From Amoebophrya sp. A120 (Eukaryota; Protista; Dinoflagellata): DNA of 64,000 bases. Position numbers and translations under genes: made by a program. The notes under the pieces were generated by a model. That model was not told the DNA's origin. It did not search any database and worked only from the letters and a program-made list of their open reading frames with translations. Numbering within the stretch: position 1 is the stretch's first letter; every line of letters starts with the position of its first letter. The DNA lies in contig CAJINV010000002.1 in NCBI GenBank assembly GCA_905178155.1, positions 2,512,226 through 2,576,225 on the forward strand, in the 5' to 3' direction. This document shows, piece after piece, positions 51,301-63,300 of the stretch.

Positions 51301-54300
51301 GGCTTCTTCAGTCCGTGGACTAACCTGCGAAGGCCTATCCGGACCCTCGGCAGGTTTTCCTTTTTCATTAGCTGCCTCGACTCTTCGAAAAATCTGAACA
51401 GTTTCGGCGGGGAAGTGTGGCGGCTTGGCTTTTTTGTTCCTCTTTTTTGTGGCGCTGCCTTTGCTTTCACTTCTAGTTTTTTTGTGTATTCGATCGCGTT
51501 GTGCTTCGGGAAGTCTCTGTATCCACCGCAAAAATGTTCGGTGCAGTTGGTCCTCATCTGGATAAAGTGTAGTGTTTTGTCCTGCTTTAATTTTCACACG
51601 ACAAATGACAGGGTTGGGACTGCAGGAGGCAGACAAGAATGTTAGGTAGTTTTCAACATTGAAGCGGTAAATTCTTATCCTGTAGTGTGGCGGAGGCTCC
51701 TTACAATCACACACACCAAACTGAATTTTGCATGATAAACAGACAGTGCCATCCGGAGTCCGCAACATGCTGCATGGTAGACTTCAGGGCCGCTTGCGTG
51801 CGATTTGATCGTCGTGATATAGATCGCAATCTATCTTCCAGACGAGGATCCAAATCACCAAACTTCTCATTTGATATTCCAACATCCCGAAAATGCCACG
51901 CCCTCGTTCGGGCAGCTGCACTATCAAATGTAAAAATATCTGGGTCTGGAAGATTTTGAGATTTGTCATGCTTGTCCAGCATGACCAAAATGTTTGTGAT
52001 GCGTGTCCAAGTAGAGACCCTTTTGCCTGTCATGCAAAAACCCAGTTTGTCATGCGAAAAGCGCAACACAAAGAAGCGCAGATATTTCTCATGCTTGCCT
52101 GTGCATTACAGAGCATTCACTATTCCCAACGTAGCATTACAAGTTTCCAGACCCAGACATTTTTACATTTGATGTGCACAGCGAAGGCTCGTCGGCGGGT
52201 CGTGGGCAACCCACACCGGATTTCGGCGGGGGAGTATTGAGAGGAAAATTCCCCCCTCCCCATATTGAAAACGCATTCGTCTGAAAATTTGTGATGCAGA
52301 TTTGAGGTCACAAATCCTGTCTGTCTTGCAAGAAGGCAAAGCCTTAGAGTCCGCCGCATTATGCCGGCGGTTTGTGATGCTGTTGGGCTTACAGGGCCGA
52401 CGTCTGTCATGCTAGTCCCCTACGTCAAAACCTCTCGACCCCGGCTTGTTATATGCCTGGAGTCCTCTCCAGCAAGACAGACTGATTTGCGTACGCAAAT
52501 CCAGCATCAGAAATTTCGTTTCGATATGGGGAGGGGGGATTTTTCCTTTTGATAGGGACAACTTCTACACCAGGAGCCTTCTGACCAGGCAAGTGCACGT
52601 GAAGAGGAACAAGAGCGGCATCAGACTCGGTCTTCGGAGGAGGCGGAACAAGAGCAAGAAGCAGAAGAGGTTTTTTTGTCACCGGACTCCGCCGTGGAAG
52701 AGGAACCAGCCGAACCCGCTGGAGATGAATCTTCATCACATGATGACGCGGGCGGCGCCGGCGATACGATGGTGCAAGAGCAGCAGCGCGCCCTCCCTGC
52801 GGCCGCAGCGCCCCCTGCTGGCCCGGCCCCGAGGAGTCTCTCTCATCCTGCTGTCGACCGGCGCGGGGAGCGCTCACCCGCACCAATTCCGAAGACAGGA
52901 GCAACTGCTGCGAACAACAAGAACCACCATCCGACGCTATTGGGCGGGGCTGCCAGGAGAGAAATCCCGCAAGGCGGATCTTCGGGTAGCTCCAAGGATT
53001 CTTCGTCCTCGTCGAACAGATCAAAAGTGTCGTCGAAATCGCTACAAGGTGGTGGTCGTCAAGAGGAACGCGAGGGGCTTGTTGTTAACCCGCATTTATG
53101 TGCCTTCTACAACAACAATAACAATGTAGTTCCGCAGCACGACAGTTCGTTCCAGTCGAACCATGCTCCGCTGAATAACTCTTCTACCCGACAGAAAAAA
53201 GCAGGCAGGGCATGCAGTTTGATGTAAATGCAGAAATAGACTAACAGAAAAAGCTGCCACGGGCGAGTCCACAGCGCCGTCCTGCTTTGGATATAATCCT
53301 TGCAATACACATTTTATTGTTTATTTGTGTTTGCATTACAAAATGAAAATGCTCTGTCTGTCTTTTTCTTTGGCATATCTTCCTCCGATTCGGGCCCACG
53401 ACCGGTCAAGCTGGTTTTGGATTCCTCATCCAGCAGCCACAATGCCGGGCCTGTAGTTCTTCCCGCAGCGGAAGGTGGTGAGCAAAACGCAAACAGTTTC
53501 GACGCGGGTCAAAGTGTATCAAGTGCAAAAATGTCTGGGCCTGGAAGGATGCAACTTGTGACGCTGCATTTGGATTCCAAAAAAAACTGTATTGCATGAG
53601 CAGCAAAGGGAGTGTAATTTTTGCTACGGGAAGAGGGCATTTGTCACGCGGAATAGGCATCCAGAAGCCCTCAAAAGATTTCTGACGCAGCTAGGGCGTG
53701 CATCGCAGACATCATGGCTCATGCAAAACTTGCATGACAATAATTCTCAGAATGTTCCTGATCCAGACCCAGACATATTTGCATTTCATAAAGTGAGGTG
53801 GAGGAGCTGGAGCACCAGAACTTGTCCAGCATCCTACCCCAACGGTCTTCCGTGGCCGCGTCCTCCCGGGAATCCTCGAAGCAGGAGGTGGTATCAACTG
53901 CAAATATCGATCTGGATCTGGAAGATTGCAAGATGTGCAATGCTATTCCGGCATGACTCTGAACTCTGTATTGCGGGGCCGCAAAGTAGAGCTTCTCTCG
54001 CCTGTCATGCAAAAATGGAGCTTCTCAATCTCATGCGGAGTACGCAACTCAGAACTACGGAAATAAAGCTGGTTGTGCTTGCTTGGCAGCGCATTGCAGT
54101 GCGCATGCATACTCACTATTCCCTTTCTTTCATCAGACCCAAATCGATATTTGCAGTGCATATAATTTGGAGGTGCTGGACGACAACGTTCCGCAGTTTG
54201 TGGAAACTGGTGCAGCCGCGCATGCAGGTGTCGCAGACGACAACATTTTTGATCAGCAAGAAAACGCCGGCTCTTCTAATCTTGTGGTCCCTAACATCAA

Positions 54301-57300
54301 CCAGGAGGAACAGCAGCAGCAGCAGCAAATTCCACCAGGAGCAAGTGTGGAAGCTCCTGCAGCCTCCTCTACATCGTCCAGAGGTAGTCAGCAGCAAAGT
54401 CTTCAAAATGTTGGTCCGCAGCTGGTGCTACCGCCACCAGCCTCTGCACAGCGATCGCATCGTAATGTCGACAACCACGACCACGCCGATTATGATCCTT
54501 TTTCAGCTGCGAGCCCGCCCCTCGGGGCGATCCCAGCCACCAGCTTAGCAAAGGACCACGAAGATGAGGATGACGAGGCGCTGGAGGCGCCCTTGGCGCA
54601 GCAACCTCCGCCGCCGCCGCCTGCGTCGTCCAACGAAAGTTCGCGCCTGTTGGAGGATGAAAAAAGAGCAGAGGAGGATCCCCTGTTGCGAATGCGGGAA
54701 CCGCGCCAAGGCCAGCCGGCTGGGGACGAGCTCGTCGAGGATTTGGAGAGGGAATTGTGGCCCGAATTTCCAGTTGAGGTTGGTCGCAACGTCGATGAAA
54801 GGATGAGGAGGGCGAGGGATGCGGCCGAAAGGCAAGAAGTGTTGCAAGGTGGTGGAACAACAAACGGAAATGATGGGAACAACGAGAGACTTGCAGCTCC
54901 GGAACGAGACGAGTTACACGACTCTCCTTCGTTTCTTTCCGCCGTGGGGCACCCCGACCACAGCCGTGAGGACGAAAATTATCGCAGCAGTAGCAATCTG
55001 CAGAGTGGCGCTGGCTCGTCTCAACACTGGAATCAAAAGGACGAGCCGGAATCCCCTGTGGAGCAGCAGGACCACCGAGAAGACCTTCATCCGGTATCAA
55101 ATGCAAATATGTTTGGGTCTGGAAATTGGTGATGCTAAAATGTGCATGATGAAAGCACTTCCTCATGCAGGAAAGCATGACAAGTTTGCAGAACGCTTTC
55201 TCATACGAACTTTGCATGAGAAACTGCGTTCTTGTATGACAAGAGAGGCTGCCACTTTTGTTGGTCATGCAATACAGATTTCACTGGAATACAAGACCAG
55301 CATTACAAGAAGTTCCAACTGTGCAGTCCCAGACACTTTTGCAATGCATATCCGAGTGACCAGGACCGGAGTCAGGTGGAGTTCCATTCCTTCCAAAACA
55401 CCAGTTCCTTCCAGAACACCAGTTCCTTGTTCAACAATTCCCAGCAGCAAAATTTCCACCATCACCAGCCACTTCTACCGGCAGGTTCCCCGCCGTCTTC
55501 CTCTTTACCCGCGAGTTCCCCCTCAGGAGGCGGGTTGCAGGCAACCGATATGGACACCTACCCCGGGCCGCCGGCTCCGCGCCCAACCACTATCCGATGT
55601 AAAAACATCTCCACCCCGTAGTCAAGATGGGGAGTCGGCTAGACAAATCCGCAAGTTTTGGCTGTTTGGCATGGCAAATTTGGACCCGTAGTGTAGGGCT
55701 GTTTGAGGTACTGTTCAGCAGCATCGCAGATCTAGTACATCATGCTGATTAAAGCATGACAAAACACGAATAGAAAACGCTTCTCATGGGGCTCCGCATG
55801 CGAGACATTTTCAGCATGCGTTTTTGCGTTGCAACTATGGGCTGGGGGCGTTTTTAAATACGATAACCACACCCGCAGAGTTTGTCTTGCCGGAACGGTC
55901 GGACGGGCAAGAGTTTGGCGTGGAGTTGTTGGACGAGGAAGTATCCCGTGCAAAAACATCCCTACCCCAGGATTGTCATGCAGTTCTGCATGCCAAAAAA
56001 GTTTCTCATGCCGACCCCTATGAGAAGCATTTTCTGTTCGTGTTTTGGGATTTGTCATGCTAGGATCAGCATGCTGTGCTAGATCTGTGATGCTTCTGAA
56101 CTTACTACCTCAAACAGGATCACACTACGAGGACAAACTTGATGTTATGCCAAACAGCCAAAGCTGTGTGATTTGTCTAGCAGATTGACTCTGGTGGTGT
56201 GGGGACGTTTTTGATCGGGATAGGAAGAGGAGAATAATCGTACGAACTGGCTGGTGGATATTCCGAACGGAATAAATGAGGAGGGGCATCAAAGCTTCCA
56301 AAGCAACGAGCAAGAAAGCAGCGACGGGCGGGAACGAGAAGGACAGGAAGGACGGCAAGTGCAGGGCTCGTTATTTGTTCCGCACGAGCAGGGGTCGGAA
56401 GCAGATGACATTAACCCCAACAACCACGGTGCTGTTGGCGAACAAATGGATCGACAAGGAGATGAGGAGCCTTCATCTGCCGCCCCGCGTGATGGTAAGA
56501 ACAGCGGAAATACTTTCCTGCTGGGCTTAAAAATCAAACCATTTTCGCTGCGATCAGAAGCAAACAGAGGTCGAAACGTCTTCCTGAAGCCGGAGGAACA
56601 ACAGGAACTCGCGTTTAGAAGTGGAGTGCCTGCAAGTGCTGGTGCTTCAGTACTATCTGGTACTACAGCGACGTCGAGTGGTTTAGGAGTAAATAATGAT
56701 CTCACTGCAAACAATAATAACTACATTGCCTCGACGTCGTCTTCATCTTCATCGCTGAACAGTGCGGGGGCTGCTCTCCAGCAGCGGCAGGACCCACACC
56801 GAGCTGCTGGGACAGTGGCAGGAACAGGAACTTCAACGCTGTTATCAAATGCAAAAATGTCTGGGTCTGGAAGAATGCAACTTGTGATGCTGTATTTGGA
56901 TTCAAAAAAAATGTGTATTGCATGACTAGCAAACGGAATGCAATTTTTGCTACGCTGAGAAGGCATCTGTCATGCGAAATAGGAATCAAAAAATCTGTAT
57001 TGCTAGGATATGCATCACAGACGTCATGGCTCATGCAAAACGTGCATGACAAGTGTCAGAATCTTCCAGACCCAGACATTTTGCCAGTTGATAGCTGTTT
57101 GGGGTGCCGACCGAATCGAGTAATCTGTTCAAACGGGGATTTATTGCCAACATGCCGGGATCTCAGCCGGCTTCGCAATTTAACGGTATAACGCCGGGAA
57201 CATCGGGAATTGAAACTGGCGGCAATAGTAACAACCCCTTAGTACCAACGGTGGGGCTTTTCTCTAGTCACTACAGCAACGGCGACAATGCTACACCAGC

Positions 57301-60300
57301 GCCGCCTGTCGCGGGGGGTTTTAGGTTCAATCCCGATCCCAAAGCGAAAGCACCCCCCCTTACTCTATCCAGCAAGACGTTTGACGCAACACAGTTTGCA
57401 GCGCAGTTGAATGCAGCTGACACAGCTGCCGGTAAGCCGCCGACGAGTGGCAGTCAGGCGTTCAACGCGCTGCTGGGGCTGCGCGCGAATGCTAATAGTG
57501 CTCCATCTCGACGACCTCCACCTCCTGCGCAACCGCAGAATTTGAAAGATGCCGCTGGACCGACAGCACAAAATGGTCTTCTTGCCGCTGCTGGACGAGG
57601 AGGGACAGCACAAAATAGTAGCAGTAATCAGGTCGTACAAACGACCCAAACCCAAGCGACGACGTCAGGAAATGAGAACCTCACCGGACTTGTTGATGTT
57701 TTTCCTGCTTCAGCAGGAAATAATCCCAGCGTACTTGATGTTCCTCCAGCCTCGTCGAGCTCCTCCGGGCGCCGCAGCTCCCCCGCGCACCGCAGCTCCT
57801 CCTCCGCGGGACCGAATTTACCCGATTTGAGGCCGGTTGCTGGCTTCGATAATGGAGTTGCAGGAGGTTCAACGTCAGAAGCGGAGCCGCGGCAACAACT
57901 GGAAGGCGAAGTTGGCAGCGGTGTTTTGGGTCCTCGTCGGCCAGGGGAAAGTTCTCGTCGTCAGGAAAGTAGTTCTGCAGATGTGACGAGCAAGAGTACC
58001 GGCGCGGCAGTGGATGTGGAAGCAGCAGCAGCAGCAGCAGGAACATCAGGAACCCTTCCTACGCAGGGTACTGGTTCGGCAAGTTCTTCCAGTGGTAGAA
58101 CAGCGCAGGGAGCAAATGCGGGTGGAACAACAAACAGTAGGACAAATCAGCTTGAAGATGAGGATCCGAAGAACTACACAGAACAAGTAGTTGTATTGCC
58201 AGCAGGACGCTCGTCGTCCTCGTCTCCGTCGGAAGGTGTCTCGATTCGAAGAAAAGTTATCTACGTGTGAACTTTTAGATTTCCCATCGCATTAGACACA
58301 CATTTTGTACAGCAGGATGAAACTGTGGTCTTTTCGCCTTGCAGGAGACATCAACGGATGAGCACGATTCTGTAGATCATCATCCTTCAACACCATTACT
58401 GTTGTAAACCCGAAATTTATTCTTGACATTTTGTACTTGTTGTACACGAAATGTGCAGTGTACGATGGCAGTTAAATTTGTACCATTGCATATCCACGAT
58501 CGGCAAGGACGATTGCCGGGAAGGAGCGCCTACTGGCACGAGGCAAGAAAAAACGATCAAAGTCGGCGGCATGGAAATGCCGACGGAGGAGGTGCAGATT
58601 GCATTGGCTATGGAGCTGTCACGTCTTCCAGCTGCAAAGGCCGCGGGTCAGAAAGAGCATGACCGTCCCTTAGGCCGCGTACAACATCAACCCAGCGCCA
58701 GTAGCAGTTCATCTTCGTCGGCTGCTAGACGACCTGCTGCCCATGTACCCGGCGCCAGTAGCAGTTCGTCTTCCGCTAGAGGTCCCCACGCATTGCTACC
58801 GCAGGGAGGTCGTGAAAGTAATAATCTTCTTCCAGCATCTGCATCTCGAGGGGCAGGAGGCAGTAGTAGTTCTTCCTCTAGGGCGGGGCCGGGTTTTTTT
58901 CCTAGTTCGCAGGGGCCGGGAAACCAAAACGCGCCTCCAGCAGCCCCATTTTCATCTTCGTCAGAACTCGTCGCGCAAGTAGAGGTGCTTGGAGGAAATA
59001 ATGAACAGGAAATAGACCAAAAAAACCTAGAAAACGAACAGACGGCGATCGCGCGCTCGATAGATGACATGCTGGAAAAGGAGCTTCGGGAGAAAAATGA
59101 TGAAGAAGAAAATGACAAACTACTGGAACAAGAACAGCAATCGCAGGAGGATCTAGAATTGGAGCGACAAGCGATTGCGCTGTCATTAGAAAAAGAAGAA
59201 GCAGCTCCTGCCGAGGAGGTCAAGAAAACTGGTGAGTCGGATGAAGTACGAGCTGGTAGCAGCGAAAATCAAAATTATGTCGAAGATTTTATTCCACAGC
59301 AACAGCATCAGCAAGTCGATCAACGGGAAGAAGATGATGAGGATCTTCAGGTACAGCTGCAGCCGAACGATCAAGAGGTGAGAAATAGAAGGAGCCAAGA
59401 AGAAGTGGAACAGGACGAGCGACGAGAAAAGCTCGCCGCAGAAGTAGAGGAGCAGCGACGGAGAAGAGAACTTGCAGACGAGGCCCAGCAGCGGCAGTTA
59501 CGGATGCGGGAAGATGAAATAAGACGGCAAGAAGATGAAGAACAGCGAGAACGAGTAAGGAATGAAAAAGAGGCGGGAGAAAGACAGAAGGAGCAGCAGC
59601 GGCAGCTTGAGCACTTGGAGCGGCAAAAGCAGCTGGCCGAGCAGGAGCGGCGTGAGCACTTGGAGCGGCAAAAGCAGCTGGCCGAGCAGGAGCGGCGTGA
59701 GAATTTGGAGCGACATCAAAAGCAGCTGGAGCAGCAGCGACGTGAGAATTTGGAGCGCCAGAAGCAGCTGGAACAGGAACAACAGCGGCTCGAGAAGCAG
59801 CGAGCGGCAGCAGAGGAGGAGGAAAATCGAAGGAAAAAAGAAGAAGAAGAACTACAGCAGAAATTGCGGCTGGTGGAACAAGAAGAAGAGATGAAACGAA
59901 AGCAGGAAGAAGAGCTGCAACAAAAGGCTCGAGAACGTCTTGCAGCGCAGGAGCATCAACAAAGAGCAGCCCGGATCGAAGCCCAGATGAGACAACACGC
60001 AGAAACCCGCCGGGGTTTCTCTCCCGAGACCCAATCTGCGATCGCGAAACGAAGGGCCGAAGTCCAGCAAGAGGGGCGGAGGGTGTCAGAAGAACAGGAG
60101 AGGGGAAGTAGTTTGAAGCGGAGAAGAAATGAGGAAGATGAAGCTTGTGTGCCGAAATTGATGTCCTCGCAGCAACATGCGGTTGTTCCTTTGGCGTCGT
60201 CACAACAGCAGCTCCTGCACGACCGGCAGCAGCAGCAGCAGCAACTCTACTCACCCCCGCCACCGCAACTGCAACTGCAGAATTCGGGCAACAGATTTCC

Positions 60301-63300
60301 TCCACCTCCTCCTCCCGTGGAATCTCGCCGTTCGGCGTCCGCGCCGGTTTTTTCATCTGCGCAGACTAGTACCAGAGCTGCTGGTGGCGCTAAAAACTAC
60401 ACCCCAAATAAATCTCCGCCACCGGGCTATGGAAAAGTTGGGAAAAATCAACAGCCTGTCAGACCTCGGCCGGAAGTAATACGACGACATCAGCACGACC
60501 TCCTCCTGCAACAGCAGCAGCCGCAGCCGCAACAGCCGCCGGTCTCGTCGCGACCAAACAACGAGCGTAATGATCGAGTAACGAGTCCCTCTCCGATAGC
60601 AGAAGTGTCTCTCCCGATTTTGCAGCCTGGAAGTAGCGAGAAAATATTAGTAAATGCTGTTCGGTCTTCTGCTCAGTCTTCCTCTTCCGGAGCGGCCGGT
60701 GGTGCTCAGCAGGGTGTTGGTGTCTTGCAACAACAGCAGCAGCAGCAGCAGCAGCAGCAAATACAAGGCCAGCTTCAACCAGCAAACCCATCACCCGAAC
60801 AAGAATCGTCGCGTGGACGGTTCGGCCAACAAGCCTCCAAGGACGTTTCAGTCGTGGTTCCTGATTCCGTCAACCGCAGTAAAAGTTCACGGAGTCGGAG
60901 GCTGAGCGTCGAGCGAAAAGTTTCCGCCTACGATATCACCGCCGCATATTGAGAGGAAAAATCCCCCCTCCCCATATCGAACAGGCATGCTTTCGAAAAT
61001 TTGTCTTGCTGATTTGAAACCACAAACCACGTCTGTCTTGCAAGAGGACAAATGCAGAGGCTTCCGCGCCATTACAGAAACGATTTGGCATGCTGTTTGG
61101 CCTAGAGGACAGCCGTTTGTAATGCTGAGCACCTAGACCCAAATGTCCCTCCCTAGGCTGCGGATCTGGCTGCGATGCCGTATTGCAAGACAGCGCGCAT
61201 TTGTGTACACAAACCCTGCGTCACAGATTTCCCATTTGATATGGGGTGGGGGCTTTTTTCATTTTGATACCGCCGCCGGGCTCACTCCCCTCGACACCAT
61301 GGAGAACCCGTTTATTGATTTATCCAACCCTCGTATGCAAGAAAAAAACTGTGTAAGTGTAAATTTGTGTTGCAGAACATGCAACAGAGTTGCGCCTGTC
61401 ATGCCAGACAGCCATGAAGTCCTCTTTTCATGTGTGTTTTCCCTTACAAGCCACGCATGACAGGTGTTCTCTGTCATGTAGAGCAAATTTGTGATGCTGT
61501 TTCCCAAAGAAAGTTATACTTACACACTTTTTTTCTTGGATACCTCGACGTGGTCTACCGCGCTCGAAATCGGAGAGTGCAATTGGTTATGCCTTGCAAA
61601 AGTACCGTACTAGTATGAATAGCATCACAAAATTTTGCAAGAACATAAAGTGGAATTTGTAATGCTGTTCCAGGTTTGGAAAGAGATTTATCATGCATGA
61701 CTGCAAGGATAATTTCTACGAGTGCGATCATACTTTTGCAGTGCATATTGGTCGCCTCAGCGATTTGAACAGGGGTAGCAGTAGCGGCGAAAAGATGCGT
61801 CTGTCCTCGATGATTCGAATGGGTATAATGCTCCTCTCGTCGTCGTCGGCGAAAAATAATGTTGACAAGAATCTGCTTCGAAGTGGTCAACAACACTTGC
61901 GCTCGTTGTCTTCGCGCAACAGTCGCCAAGGACGAGAAAATAAAACAAATCGTGACTATTCGTTTGAAAAAATAGCACCACCGAATTTCGAATCGATTGA
62001 TCCTTCGCAGCACAACATCGATGGAGGAGAAGTAGGTGTAGTCCAACCTTCGAACAACAGTAGAAACTTCGATAGCAATTCGATCAATCCTCGACTCGTG
62101 AAAATATCTTCGCCGCTCCATCGTCGCATCGAGCCGAAGCGTTCGTCTATAGCGGCGGAGGTCGGCATGAAGCGACTTTTTGCTGGGGAGATAAATAGCA
62201 AAGAAACTGTGAGGTCAAGAACCTCTAGTCAGGATCAGGAAGGAGCTGGTAATAGTGGAACAGTAGGAATAACTACGCATTCGCAGCATGGACTAGCGCA
62301 AGAACAACACGAGGACCAAAGTTCTTCTGTGGCTTTTCCAACTGCGACCGAAAATGAAGACGAGCTGTACAACTTCGGGACGAGAACTAATACTAACAGC
62401 CAGAACTTGGTGAGAAACGACCTTCACAGCGGCGCTCGTACGGGACGATTGTTCTTACCACCTGCCCGTCCTGTTGCAGCGAGTTCTAGCTCGGCCGCAG
62501 CAGAAGTCGCACAACAACTACCCCAAGCACTATCACCAGACCGCTCTTCCGAGAACAACCGGAGTCGGCACGCTATCGTACCGGCCCAAGCTGTGGATAA
62601 CGAGGCAGGTGACTGGTTCAATCCGTTTGTGAAGTCAAAGGAGACGAGTGTCAGTAAGAGCAGTGACAGTAGTTGTGACAAATCATCTGGCGATATCGCA
62701 CATAGTAAACTGCAGAAAGATGAAACAGAATTTCTGGACACTGAAGAAGATTACTCGAACACCATCACTGCGGGTTCTCGTGCAGGAGTAAATCAAGCAG
62801 GACAACTACAACATCAAAGGACAACTACAAATACAATCTCTGCTGCTGCCGTTCCGAAGAACCATATCAACCAAAACGTTCAACCAATTGCGAGTGCCAC
62901 AGGACCACGAGCAGCAGCATCGTCACCGACCAATCAATCTTCGTCATCTGCCGCGGCGCATGATCCTCGCGTTGGGAATCTACTAGACCCGCAACAGCAG
63001 GTGCAGCAATCGAGCAGCGCAACGAGCGGCGAAGAAGACCTCGTCCACATCAGAGAAGAAACGCCTTTGAGCCGCAACGCGGTTTCGAAGCATCCCAGTT
63101 TTGCGTTAGCTCCGCAGAGTCGGAGTGTAGTAAATACAACAGCTCTTGTACTTCCTATCACAGCGGCATCAAATTTTGCTGGTGCATCTTCCACAGCAGC
63201 AAATCCCGCTGTACTACTCCTCGCCGCAGCCGCTCCTGCGTTAGGAGGTGTACAACTACCAACGGGAGGCAAAGGCGGCCAAGTCGTGGCTACTGATACG

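Noticed and set aside
500-61460. Family of small proteins sharing MSGSGR / LPDPDIF / FQTQTFLHLI / IWGGGIF peptides in the ORF track
   Set aside because: These are translations of the introner TIRs in various frames, not genes.
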